Shown here piece after piece: positions 8,573 to 18,252 of a stretch of DNA of 64,000 nucleotides (within the stretch, counting starts at the first letter, position 1; the number at the start of each line of letters is the position of its first letter). Under the pieces are notes generated by a model. The model did no database searches, was not told where the DNA came from, and was given only the letters and a program-made list of their open reading frames with translations. Source of the DNA: an uncultured Bacteroidales bacterium. GTDB taxonomy: Bacteria; Bacteroidota; Bacteroidia; Bacteroidales; P3. The stretch covers positions 3,782-67,781 of the forward strand of contig CAMHDJ010000007.1 of the NCBI GenBank assembly GCA_946183915.1, read 5' to 3'. A program made the position numbers and the translations under genes.

Positions 8573-8711
8573 TCATAAGGCTCCACCATCTCTTACTCAT
8601 CGACTACTCTCCGCCTTATCTACGATTTATCAAAATTTAATCGAGTAGGCAATAAATAGGCGAAGAGTACGTTATGACATGTAGTAAATAACTCGTAAAT
8701 AGCTCATCATC

Positions 8712-9524
8712 ATGGCAAAACAGCATGGCAGTTACCTTGTGGGCTTCAGCGGACGGCTGGGGCCGGCGATCGGATACATGTGGAACGGGCGCTGGTGTCT
8801 GCGCTCGCGGCCGGCGCACGTACACAACCCCCGCAGCGCCGCGCAGGTGGCCCACCGCACCCTCTTCAAGGCCGAGGTGCAGCTGGCGGCGCGGCTGCGC
8901 TGGGCGCTGACCACGACGCTCACGGCCCAGGCCCGCGCCGCGGGCATGACGGCCTTCAACCTCTTCGTCAGCATGAACCAGCCATGCTTCGCGCTGGCCG
9001 ACAGCGAGTTCTGTGTGGACTGGGAGCATCTGCAGCTGAGCCTGGGGCCGGTGGCGCCGGTGGCCCTGACGGCGGCGGCGCGCACTGCCGACAACCGGCT
9101 GAGCGTCAGCTTCGAGCGCAATCCCCTGGGGGTCGCCTGCCGCAGCCACGACCTGGTGTACCTCTACGTCTACTGCCCCGAGGCGGACGAAGGCTGCCTG
9201 GCGGCGCCGGTCTACCGGCGGGCGCAACGCGTCGAGGTGCTGCTGCCCGACGCCATGCAGGGGCGCGAGGTGGTGCTGTACGCCATGGTGCAGGACGAGG
9301 CCGGCCGCTGGAGCCCCACGGCCTGGGGCGGCGCGCTGGCGGCCGAGGGGACGCTCGCGGCCGCGCTGGCCGACGAGGACGCTCCCCTCGCCTCCCTCTC
9401 CATCGCGAGGGAGACGCCGGCACAGGGCGACGCTACCGCAAACAACACACAGTCAACCCCTTACCACAACAGCCTATCCCTCCCCGGGGTGGGGCCGGGC
9501 ATGGGGGGGCCGGGCCGAGGCTGA
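8712..9524 (+). CDS. Conserved hypothetical protein, paralog of 48273..49100
   Basis: The N-terminus MAKQHGSYLVGFSGRLGPAIGYMWNGRWCLRSRPAHVHNPRSAAQVAHRTLFKAEVQLA closely matches the second copy in this window. No named family is assigned with confidence. Confidence 0.6.
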   Translation: MAKQHGSYLVGFSGRLGPAIGYMWNGRWCLRSRPAHVHNPRSAAQVAHRTLFKAEVQLAARLRWALTTTLTAQARAAGMTAFNLFVSMNQPCFALADSEFCVDWEHLQLSLGPVAPVALTAAARTADNRLSVSFERNPLGVACRSHDLVYLYVYCPEADEGCLAAPVYRRAQRVEVLLPDAMQGREVVLYAMVQDEAGRWSPTAWGGALAAEGTLAAALADEDAPLASLSIARETPAQGDATANNTQSTPYHNSLSLPGVGPGMGGPGRG

Positions 9525-9539
9525 CGGCCGCGGGCAGCG

Positions 9540-10457
9540 CTAGCGCTGTTCGACCGGGGCGGAGGTGCGGTCGGTCTTGCTGAGCACGATGAGTGTCACA
9601 GCACTCAGGATCAGCACAATACCTATCAACAAACGAATGGAAAACGGCTCGCCGAAGACGAAGATGCCGATGAGGACCGCCGTGGTGGGCTCGAGGGCAC
9701 CGAGGATGGCGGTGGGCGTGGAGCCGAGGTACTTGGCGGCGTAGACCATCATCACCAGCGCCATGATGGCGGGCACCACGGCCAGCCACGACACCCAGAG
9801 CCAGGCCCTGGGCGAGGGCGGCAGCATCAGGTGCTGGCCGCTCAGCAGGGCGAAGAGCGCCATGCCGGCGGCACAGTAGAAGAGCACGTAGAAGTTGATT
9901 TTGAACGACGACATGCGCAGTGGCGACTTGTCGACGACGATGATGTAGAGCGCATAGGTGAGCGCCGAGACGAGCACCAGCACGACGCCGACGGTGCTCA
10001 GGGCGCCGCCGGGGTCGCCCCAGTAGAGCAGCAGCACGCCCGCCAGCGCCAGGGCGATGGAGACCACCGTGGCCAGGCGTATCTTCTCCTGGAAGAAGAG
10101 GGCCATGATGGCGGCCGTCATGACCGGATAGGTGAAGAGGATGGTCGACGCCACGCCGGCAGGCATGTGGTGGAAGCTGAGGTAGAGGGTGAGCGACGAG
10201 GCGATGAAGAGCAGGCCGAGGGCGGTGAGGGTGCGGAACTCGGTGCGCGTCACGCGGAGGCTCTCTTTGCCCCGCAGCGCCTTGAAGGCCATGACGAGGG
10301 CTATCAGGACCCAAGCCAGGCCGAAGCGGTAGAAAAGAACCGAGGGCGTGTTCATGCCCTCGGCGTATAGGTTCAAGGCTCCCAGCGGGTTGGTGCCGTA
10401 GCATACGGCGGCACCCACGGCGCATACGGTGCCGATGAGTTTACGGTTGAGTGTCAT
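9540..10457 (-). CDS. EamA/DMT-family transporter
   Basis: A 305-aa polytopic membrane protein with ten hydrophobic segments in a two-EamA-repeat layout. It starts directly after the ftsZ stop. Confidence 0.8.
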   Translation of the reverse strand: MTLNRKLIGTVCAVGAAVCYGTNPLGALNLYAEGMNTPSVLFYRFGLAWVLIALVMAFKALRGKESLRVTRTEFRTLTALGLLFIASSLTLYLSFHHMPAGVASTILFTYPVMTAAIMALFFQEKIRLATVVSIALALAGVLLLYWGDPGGALSTVGVVLVLVSALTYALYIIVVDKSPLRMSSFKINFYVLFYCAAGMALFALLSGQHLMLPPSPRAWLWVSWLAVVPAIMALVMMVYAAKYLGSTPTAILGALEPTTAVLIGIFVFGEPFSIRLLIGIVLILSAVTLIVLSKTDRTSAPVEQR

Positions 10458-12068
10458 TTAGTCGGCTTGATCGCGGAAATAGGGGTTTTGCACCATGCGG
10501 CCGTCGGGGCGGATGGTGGCGTTGGACGATTCGCGCACCGACGAGTTGCGACCCTCAAAGAGCATCTCGTCGCTGATTTCGCGGGTGGTCATGCTTTGCA
10601 CGATGTCGGCACCGTTGGCGTTGTTGCGCAGCAAGTCGTGGATGCGGCGGATGCGCTCGGCGGCGGTGGTGACGTCGTTGTCGTTGCGGAACACGTTGAC
10701 GGGGTTGGCCTTGGGCTGCGGGGCGGGCTCGGGCTGGGAGGCCACCTCCTGGCGGGGCTCGCTGACGAGGTGGATCTCGTCGACCATGACGTCAACCTCG
10801 GTCTTGAACTCTTCCGCCTGGGGTTCGCTGGCGTGGCGCGGCTTCTCGAAGACGGGGTCGTCGTCGAGGGTGAAGACGTGCTTCTCGGCCGGGGCGGACT
10901 GTTCGACGACGGGGGCCACGGGGGCCACGACGTCGACCGGAGCGGGCTCCGGACGGTGGATGATCTCCATGCCGTCGGGGTCTTCGACCTTGGCGACGGG
11001 CTGCTCGACGGCGGCCTTGGGCTGCTCCTCGGGCAGGACGAAGGTCTTGGGCTCCTCGGGAAGGATCTTGCCCTTCTCGAAACCGGTGGCGATGAGGATC
11101 ACCTTCAGCTCGTCGCCGAGGCTCTCGTCGGGGCCGGCGCCCCAGATGATGTCGGCGGTGCCGTCGGTCTTGTCGAGCACATAGTCGGTGATTTCGGCCT
11201 GCTCGTCCATGGTCATCTCGTGCTCGGTGGAGTAGGTGAAGTAGAGCAACACGTTCTTGGCGCCGCTGATGTCGCTGTCGTCGAGGAGGACACTGGTGGT
11301 GGCAGCCTCGATGGCGTCGTGGGCGCGGTTCTCGCCGCGGCCGCTGCCGGTGCCCATGAGGGCGGTGCCGCTGTGCTCCATGACGGTGTTGACGTCCTGG
11401 AAGTCGCGGTTGACATAGGCGTTTTCGGTGATGATCTCGGCGATGCCTTTGGCGGCGGTGAGCAGCACGTCGTCGGCCATGCCGAAGGCTTCGCTGATGC
11501 GCATGTTGCCGAAGGTGCGGAGCTTGTCGTTGTTGATGACGATGATGGAGTCGACATGCTTGCGGAGCTCCTCGATGCCGGCCTCGGCCTGCTCGCGGCG
11601 GCGCTTGCCCTCAAAGCTGAAGGGGCGCGTGACGATGGCGACGACAAGGATCTTCTTGTTCTCGTCGTTGTCGAGGTCGATGCTCTTGGCGATCTCGGCG
11701 ATGACGGGGGCAGCGCCGGTGCCAGTGCCGCCGCCCATGCCGGCGGTGATGAAGAGCATCTGGGTGTTGTGGGCCAGGGCTTCGCGGATGTCGTCGGCTT
11801 TGTCCTGTGCGGCCTTGCGGGCGCGCTCGGGTTTGTTGCCGGCACCCAGGCCGAGGTCGCCCAGCGGGATCTTGTTGGGCACGGGCGAGGCGTTGAGGGC
11901 CTTCATGTCGGTGTTGCAGACGATGAAGTCGACACCCTCGATGCCGCGGTCGTACATGTGGTTGACGGCGTTGCCGCCACCGCCTCCGACACCGATCACT
12001 TTGATGTAGGACGACTGCCCTTTGGGCGAATCAAAGGTAAAAAAGGTGGAATTTGTGTTCTCTTCCAT
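10458..12068 (-). CDS. ftsZ: Cell division GTPase FtsZ
   Basis: GVGGGGGNAV and the GGTGTGAAP tubulin signature, followed by a long Pro/Glu-rich linker. Confidence 0.95.
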   Translation of the reverse strand: MEENTNSTFFTFDSPKGQSSYIKVIGVGGGGGNAVNHMYDRGIEGVDFIVCNTDMKALNASPVPNKIPLGDLGLGAGNKPERARKAAQDKADDIREALAHNTQMLFITAGMGGGTGTGAAPVIAEIAKSIDLDNDENKKILVVAIVTRPFSFEGKRRREQAEAGIEELRKHVDSIIVINNDKLRTFGNMRISEAFGMADDVLLTAAKGIAEIITENAYVNRDFQDVNTVMEHSGTALMGTGSGRGENRAHDAIEAATTSVLLDDSDISGAKNVLLYFTYSTEHEMTMDEQAEITDYVLDKTDGTADIIWGAGPDESLGDELKVILIATGFEKGKILPEEPKTFVLPEEQPKAAVEQPVAKVEDPDGMEIIHRPEPAPVDVVAPVAPVVEQSAPAEKHVFTLDDDPVFEKPRHASEPQAEEFKTEVDVMVDEIHLVSEPRQEVASQPEPAPQPKANPVNVFRNDNDVTTAAERIRRIHDLLRNNANGADIVQSMTTREISDEMLFEGRNSSVRESSNATIRPDGRMVQNPYFRDQAD

Positions 12069-12215
12069 GTGCTTTTATATTTCTATCTTACTGATAAAGA
12101 TGTCGTTACTTACTTTTTAACCACTACTATTGGCAACGTAAAATTACTAATAATTGCGCGAACAGGAGTCGTCTTTCTTGATTAGTTTTCAACAGTTTGC
12201 TGTGGATTTCGAATT

Positions 12216-13598
12216 TCACTCGTCGATACCCTCGTCGAAAACCGTCTTGAAGAAGTCGGTAAGCGCCTTGCCGAAGTCGCCCTCGCCGCGTTTCTTCTTC
12301 TTGCTCTTGGGGCTTTCGGCGGGCTGCTCGACGACCGGAGCTGCCGGTGCGGCGGGCATGTCGTCCATGTCGGCGAAGATGTCGAAGCCGCTTTTCTTCT
12401 TCACCTCCTTGGCGGGCTCGGGCTCGAGGTTCTCCTCGGCCTTCTCGAGACCGTAGAGCACCAGGCCGATACCGGTGGCATACATCGGGTGCATGAGCTC
12501 GTTGTAGTTGACGCTGTCGGGCTCGAGGTGCTCGTTGGGGATGCCGATGCGGGTGTCGGTGGCGGTGACAAGCTCGCAGAGGTCCTTAATGTTCTTCAGC
12601 TGGGCGCCGCCACCGGTGAGCACGATGCCGGCGATGAGCTTCTTGCCGAAGCCCGAAAGCTTGATCACATAGTCGATCTGCTCCATGATCATCTTGGTGC
12701 GGGCGTTGATGATACCGGCGAGGGTCTTGACGTAGATCTCGCGGGGAGCCTGGCTGCGGATGCCGGGAATGGAGATGATGTCGTTCTCGGAAACGGCCTG
12801 CACCAGGCAGGAACCGAACTTCACCTTGAGGCTCTCGGCCTGCTTGCGGAGGATGTTGCAGCCCTCGCGGATGTCGTTGGTGATGGCATTGCCGGCCAAC
12901 GGGAGGACGGTGGTGTCGCGGATGATGCGGTCGTGGAAGATGGCGATGTCGGTAGTGCCGCCACCGATGTCGACCATGGCCACGCCGGCGTCGCGGTCGC
13001 TGTCGTCGAGGACAGCCTTGGCCGAGGCCACAGGCTCGAGGACCACGCCTTTGATCTTCAGACCGGCACGCGAGACGGCCAGCTTGATGTACTGAAGATT
13101 CTGCACATTGCCGGTGACCATGTGGAAGTCGGCCTTGAGCACCTTGCCGGCCACGCCCACGGGGGGCACCTCGCGGCTGAGGGCCTCGTTGTCGACATAG
13201 TACTGCTGCGGGAAGACATGGATGATCTCCTCGCCGGGTTCGAGCATGGTGTTGTACTGGTCGTTGGTCAGATGGTCGACGTCCTCCTGCTCGATGAGCT
13301 CGTGTTCGGGCGGTATCATCACGCTGCCCTGGCTGGGACGCGACTTGATGTGCTGGCCGGCGATGCCGACCCACACCTCGTCGATGTCGACGTTGGCCTG
13401 CTCGGCGGCCTCGTCGACAGCGCGGCGAATGGCCTCGGAGGCATCTTTCACATTCTTGACCACCCCGTGTTCGACGCCGGTTGACTCGGTCTTGCCGAAG
13501 CCGAGGATTTTCACTCGTTCATTCTCGCCACGAACACCCACGAAGCATGCGATCTTGGTGGTGCCGATGTCGAGACCTACAATGATTTCAGTTCCCAT
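12216..13598 (-). CDS. ftsA: Cell division protein FtsA
   Basis: Actin-fold motifs VGLDIGTTKI and VDIGGGTTD. Located between ftsQ and ftsZ. Confidence 0.95.
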   Translation of the reverse strand: MGTEIIVGLDIGTTKIACFVGVRGENERVKILGFGKTESTGVEHGVVKNVKDASEAIRRAVDEAAEQANVDIDEVWVGIAGQHIKSRPSQGSVMIPPEHELIEQEDVDHLTNDQYNTMLEPGEEIIHVFPQQYYVDNEALSREVPPVGVAGKVLKADFHMVTGNVQNLQYIKLAVSRAGLKIKGVVLEPVASAKAVLDDSDRDAGVAMVDIGGGTTDIAIFHDRIIRDTTVLPLAGNAITNDIREGCNILRKQAESLKVKFGSCLVQAVSENDIISIPGIRSQAPREIYVKTLAGIINARTKMIMEQIDYVIKLSGFGKKLIAGIVLTGGGAQLKNIKDLCELVTATDTRIGIPNEHLEPDSVNYNELMHPMYATGIGLVLYGLEKAEENLEPEPAKEVKKKSGFDIFADMDDMPAAPAAPVVEQPAESPKSKKKKRGEGDFGKALTDFFKTVFDEGIDE

Positions 13599-13610
13599 AA
13601 TGTCTGTTGT

Positions 13611-14399
13611 TTATTTTGTTTCGTTTCTTTTCGTACAAACCACCTGATCGCGGTACTTGAGGCTGATGCGCGAGTAGGTGTCCCAGCCGGCGCGCGGCAT
13701 GCCCTTCCGGTAGAAGGAGAGCAAATTGGCAAACTTCTCCTCGAGGTTGTCGGCGTCGCCCAGCTCCACGACGTGGTTGCCCAGCTTGGGCACCATGAGC
13801 AGGTCGCCGTCGCGCTCGACGTACAGTTGGTCGATCAGGTCGCCATACTTGCTCTCGCTGTCGAGGAAGCAGGCCACACGCCAGAGGTCGGCCAGCTGGC
13901 GGTTGCCCGCCGCCGTGGCGGCAACGGTCCAGAGGCTGTCGGCCGGTACCGGCATGCGGAAGTCGCCCCCGGCCACCAGCACGTCGCACGAGCCGAGGTT
14001 CGAGGCGGGCATCAGGCAGCCTTCGGCGTCGAGGTAGAACTCGCGGCCCGCGTAGTAGAGGCGCACGATGGGGCGACGCTGTTTGGCACGCACCACCACC
14101 TGGCCGCTGACGCTGACCGAGGCGCTGACATCGCTGAGGTATGGCACCCGGGAGGCGGCCTGCACCACGGCATCGCGGTCGACCCCACCCACCGAGTGCT
14201 GCAGCAACGCCGGCACGGCGGCCAGGATGCTGTCGCGCACCGTCTGGTCGTCGACCAGCGGAGGGGTCTTGCCATAGCGGATGTTCACCTCGATCCCCCG
14301 CACCGCCGAGCGCGAGCGACTGACGTTGGCCACCACCACGAGCACCGCCAGCACGACGGCTCCCAGAAGGATCAGTAGTATTTTGACAGGGCGTTTCAT
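13611..14399 (-). CDS. ftsQ: Cell division protein FtsQ
   Basis: An N-terminal single TM segment followed by a POTRA-like region. Located between murC and ftsA. Confidence 0.8.
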   Translation of the reverse strand: MKRPVKILLILLGAVVLAVLVVVANVSRSRSAVRGIEVNIRYGKTPPLVDDQTVRDSILAAVPALLQHSVGGVDRDAVVQAASRVPYLSDVSASVSVSGQVVVRAKQRRPIVRLYYAGREFYLDAEGCLMPASNLGSCDVLVAGGDFRMPVPADSLWTVAATAAGNRQLADLWRVACFLDSESKYGDLIDQLYVERDGDLLMVPKLGNHVVELGDADNLEEKFANLLSFYRKGMPRAGWDTYSRISLKYRDQVVCTKRNETK

Positions 14400-15841
14400 A
14401 GCACTTGTTCTCTTAATACCGTTTCGAGACGCGGCACAAGCCGGTCGATATCGCCCGCGCCGAGGGTGACCACTACATCGGGACAGAGGGCGGGCACCAG
14501 CTCGAGCACCTGGTCGGGGGTGCAGAGGTACTTCGACATGGAGTCGACCTTGCGGAGCACCATGCTCGACGTGACGCCCAGGATGGGCTTCTCGCGGGCC
14601 GGATAGATGGGCATCATGATGAGCTCGTCGAGGGTGCCCAGCACCTCGGCAAACTGGTCGGCCAGGTCGCGCGTGCGGCTGTAGAGGTGGGGTTGGAAGA
14701 TACCCACGACACGCTTGCCCGGGTAGAGGTAGCGGATGGATTCCAGCGTGGAGGCAATCTCACGCGGATGATGGGCATAGTCGTCGATGTAGACCAGATC
14801 CTTCTCGCGGATGCGGTAGTCGAAGCGGCGCCGCACGCCGGCAAAAGTCTTCAGGCCGTGGCGCAGCTGGAACTGGTCGAGGCCACAGCTGAGGGCCACC
14901 GCAGCGGCCGCCACGGCATTCTCCACGTTGAAGAGGGCCGTGCCGTCGAGCTCGAGATCGAAGAGGACCCCGTCGGGAGTGCGCAGGTCGAAGAAGAGGT
15001 TGCCGTTATAGGTGCGCACGTTGATGGCATAGTAGTCGGCCTCGATGCCGCGGGCGGTGTAGGTAGAAATCGGGGTATGGAACTCGGGCTGGGCGGGATG
15101 ATGGGGTGCCAGCGGCGAGTGCTCGTGGTCATGGTCGTGGTCGTGATGGTGGTGAGCGCCGAACTCGACGTAGGGCTCACCATCCTGACGGACGAAGATT
15201 CCCTCTTTGAAGAAGAGCTTTCCGTCAGCATCCACCTGGTTGGCAAACTGGAGGTAGGCCTCGAGCATGTGCTCGTGGTCGCCGTAGACGTCCAGATGGT
15301 CGGGGTCGGTGGCGGTGATGACCGCCATGTGGGGGTGCAGCTGCAAGAAGGAGCGGTCGTACTCGTCGGCTTCGACCACCACGAAGTCGCTCTTGTTGTC
15401 GACATGCAGGTTGCTGTCGAAGTTCTTGCTGATGCCGCCCAGGAAAGCCGAGCAGCCACAGGGGGCCTGGCTCAGGAGGTGGGCAATCATGGTGCTCGTG
15501 GTGGTCTTGCCGTGGCTTCCGGCCACAGCGATGCAGCGTTTGCCACGGGTCAGTTCGCCCAACACCTGCGAGCGCTTCTCCATGCGCACGCCGCGACGCA
15601 GCAGTTCCTGCATCTCGCCGAGCTCGGCCGGCACGGCGGGGGTGTAGACCACCAGGTCGATAGCCTCGGGCAGCAGGTCGGGCCGGTCGTCGTAGTGCAC
15701 GGCAATCCCCTCGGCCTCCAGCTCGGCCGTCAGCGCACTCGGCGTGCGGTCATAGCCGCTCACCGTGTCGCCCCGCTGGTGGAAGAACCGCGCCAGCGCG
15801 CTCATCCCGATGCCTCCGATGCCTAGAAAGTAGTATCTCAT
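14396..15841 (-). CDS. murC: UDP-N-acetylmuramate--L-alanine ligase
   Basis: GIGGIGMSALA, AGSHGKTTTS (P-loop) and DDYAHHP motifs. It contains a His/Asp-rich extra segment. Confidence 0.95.
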   Translation of the reverse strand: MRYYFLGIGGIGMSALARFFHQRGDTVSGYDRTPSALTAELEAEGIAVHYDDRPDLLPEAIDLVVYTPAVPAELGEMQELLRRGVRMEKRSQVLGELTRGKRCIAVAGSHGKTTTSTMIAHLLSQAPCGCSAFLGGISKNFDSNLHVDNKSDFVVVEADEYDRSFLQLHPHMAVITATDPDHLDVYGDHEHMLEAYLQFANQVDADGKLFFKEGIFVRQDGEPYVEFGAHHHHDHDHDHEHSPLAPHHPAQPEFHTPISTYTARGIEADYYAINVRTYNGNLFFDLRTPDGVLFDLELDGTALFNVENAVAAAAVALSCGLDQFQLRHGLKTFAGVRRRFDYRIREKDLVYIDDYAHHPREIASTLESIRYLYPGKRVVGIFQPHLYSRTRDLADQFAEVLGTLDELIMMPIYPAREKPILGVTSSMVLRKVDSMSKYLCTPDQVLELVPALCPDVVVTLGAGDIDRLVPRLETVLREQVL

Positions 15842-15853
15842 AGTGGATTGTTG

Positions 15854-16966
15854 TCAGTTGACGGATATCAGTTTAGCAATTTGGTCCACAATCTTGTCGG
15901 CCGCGCCGCGGACAGCGAGGCGTTGCAGGGCAGCGCTCATCTGCTCGCGCTTGACGCTGTTCTCGAAGAGGTCGAGCACTTGCGGCAGGCAGTTGTGCTC
16001 GCAGTCGGCGTCGGGCACCATCAGGGCGGCCCCCTTGTCGACCAAGGCCATGGCGTTTTTCGTCTGGTGATCCTCAGCCACGTTGAGCGACGGCACCAGC
16101 ACCACGGGCTTGCCGACGATGCACAGCTCCGAGATGGCGATGGCGCCGGCCCGCGACACCACCACATCGGCCGCCGCATAGGCCATGTCCATGCGCTGAA
16201 TGAACTGGTGCACCTTGACCCATTCGCTCACGCCCGCCTCCTCGACGGCACGCACCGCCTCGTCGTACTGCCAGCGACCCGTCTGCCAAAGCAGTTGTAT
16301 CTTGTTCTCACGGAAGAAGTGCAAGTGGTTCATCACCATCGTGTTGATGGTGCGAGCCCCCAGACTGCCACCCACCGAGAGGAGCACACGCCCCTCGGGC
16401 GCGAGGCCGAAGTGGGCACGCCCTTCGGCGCGGCCGACCGTCATGTTCTCGATGTCGGCCCGCACAGGGTTGCCGGTGAAGACAATCTTCTGCGGAGGGA
16501 AGAAGCGATCCATGCCGTCGTAGGCCACACAGATGACCTTCGCCTCGCGAGCCAGAAGCTTGTTGGTCAGGCCGGCATAGGAATTCTGCTCCTGCAGCAG
16601 CGTGGGGAAGCCCAGCTGGGCCGCCGCCTTCAGGGTGGGCTCCGAAGCGAAGCCCCCCACCCCGACCACCACGTCGGGCTGGAACTCGCGCAGGATGGCC
16701 TTCACCCGGTGGTTGCTCTGCATCATGCGGAACGGGAGCTGCAGGTTCTTCACGATATTCCGGGGGGTCAGTTTGCGCTGCAAACCCGCAATGGGCAACC
16801 CCTTGATCTCGTAGCCGGCCGCCGGCACCTTCTCCATTTCCATGCGTCCCTCGGCGCCGACAAACAGAATGTCGGCCTCGGGCCAGCGCTTCTTGATCGC
16901 GTTGGCGATGGCCACCGCCGGGAATATATGTCCACCCGATCCTCCTCCACTTACGATTGCTTTCAT
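15854..16966 (-). CDS. murG: Undecaprenyldiphospho-muramoylpentapeptide beta-N-acetylglucosaminyltransferase
   Basis: GGGSGGHIFPAVAIA N-terminal motif, with a length and position typical of murG. Confidence 0.95.
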   Translation of the reverse strand: MKAIVSGGGSGGHIFPAVAIANAIKKRWPEADILFVGAEGRMEMEKVPAAGYEIKGLPIAGLQRKLTPRNIVKNLQLPFRMMQSNHRVKAILREFQPDVVVGVGGFASEPTLKAAAQLGFPTLLQEQNSYAGLTNKLLAREAKVICVAYDGMDRFFPPQKIVFTGNPVRADIENMTVGRAEGRAHFGLAPEGRVLLSVGGSLGARTINTMVMNHLHFFRENKIQLLWQTGRWQYDEAVRAVEEAGVSEWVKVHQFIQRMDMAYAAADVVVSRAGAIAISELCIVGKPVVLVPSLNVAEDHQTKNAMALVDKGAALMVPDADCEHNCLPQVLDLFENSVKREQMSAALQRLAVRGAADKIVDQIAKLISVN

Positions 16967-16994
16967 ATCTTCAGTTTCTTTTATTGTCTATAAT

Positions 16995-17052
16995 TCATCT
17001 TTTTTGTGCATCATCTCTGCATCCCCTCTGCATCATCTCTGCATCATGTCTG
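16995..17052. repeat. GCATC-phased 11-bp tandem repeats (same family as 25933..26075, opposite orientation)
   Basis: GCATC occurs at 17008, 17019, 17030 and 17041. The reverse complement contains gatgcagagatgatgcagaggggatgcag, identical to 26022-26050. Confidence 0.85.
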
Positions 17053-18252
17053 CTCTTCGGCAGCCAAAGGGCTGGGTTGAAGGGGGTCTGATGCCTGTTT
17101 GGAAACGGAGGGGTCACTGTTTTCAACTGCATAGACGTCGGCCGCCACCGACTGGATGATTCCAAGAGCCACACCCATAAACAGGTAGGCCGTACCGCCA
17201 TAGCTGATAAACGGGAGCGTCTGTCCCGTCACAGGCAGCACACCTACAGCCACACTCATGTTGACCAGCGCCTGCAGGTAGATCACCGTGCCGAGGCCGG
17301 CCACGGTGAGGGCTCCGAAACGGCCTTTGCAGCGCCAGGCCAGACGAATACAGCGGAAATAGAGTATGCTGTAGAGCAGGAAGACCACGATGCCGCCCAC
17401 CATACCCATCTCCTCGATGATGATGGCATAGATGAAGTCGTTGTGGGCCTGCGTCATGAGGCGGGCGTGGACCGTGTTGCCGATGCCCGCGCCGAAAACG
17501 CCTCCGCGGGCGATGGCCATACGGGCCATGTTCTCCTGCGTCAGCGCGTCGGGGTCGGGGTGCATCCAGTTGTCGATACGCTCGGCCCAGATGCCACTGC
17601 GGTGCAGCACCTCGCCGCCCTCGGCCTCGGCGCCGCTGTTGCCGCCGCGCGACATCAGAAGGAGCGCCACCATTCCCACAAAGACCACTCCCAGCAAGAG
17701 GCGCCACCAGTACTTGCGGTTGACGCCGCCGATGAGCATCATCAGATAGCACACCAGGAAGATAAGGGCCGCCATGGAGAAGTTCTCCGGCAGGATGAGG
17801 GCCACCACAATACCGACGTAGAGGAGCAGTTGGAGGAAGGTGCCCAGCTCGGCCACCTGGTCTTTCTTGATGGCCAACATGCGGGCCACGAAGACCACAA
17901 GGACAATCTTTGCGATCTCCGACGGCTGGAACTGACCGATGACGGGGATGCGGAACCAGCGGCCTCCCTGCAGCGCCAGCATCACCGCCAGCAGCACCAG
18001 CGTCAGCCAGTAGCCCAGCATGGCAAAGCGCGAGAAGAAGCGATAGTTGACCCGCGACATCAAGATGACTACCACATAGGTGGCCGCCACAATCACGAGG
18101 TGCTTCAGGAAGAGACCCGTGGGCATGGTGCCGGGTAGCGAATAGGCGTAGAGGCCGATCGAGCTGTAGACCTCGACCAGCGAGATGATGCTGAGCAGCA
18201 GGAATACCACCCAGATCGTCTTGTCTCCACGGAATGCTTTTGATATCTTCAT
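17044..18252 (-). CDS. ftsW: Lipid II flippase / SEDS protein FtsW
   Basis: Starts MKISKAFRGDKTIWVVFLLLS. It is a polytopic SEDS-type protein with a PFISYGGTA motif. The upstream 48 codons of the ORF are rejected as an extension. Confidence 0.9.
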   Translation of the reverse strand: MKISKAFRGDKTIWVVFLLLSIISLVEVYSSIGLYAYSLPGTMPTGLFLKHLVIVAATYVVVILMSRVNYRFFSRFAMLGYWLTLVLLAVMLALQGGRWFRIPVIGQFQPSEIAKIVLVVFVARMLAIKKDQVAELGTFLQLLLYVGIVVALILPENFSMAALIFLVCYLMMLIGGVNRKYWWRLLLGVVFVGMVALLLMSRGGNSGAEAEGGEVLHRSGIWAERIDNWMHPDPDALTQENMARMAIARGGVFGAGIGNTVHARLMTQAHNDFIYAIIIEEMGMVGGIVVFLLYSILYFRCIRLAWRCKGRFGALTVAGLGTVIYLQALVNMSVAVGVLPVTGQTLPFISYGGTAYLFMGVALGIIQSVAADVYAVENSDPSVSKQASDPLQPSPLAAEEQT

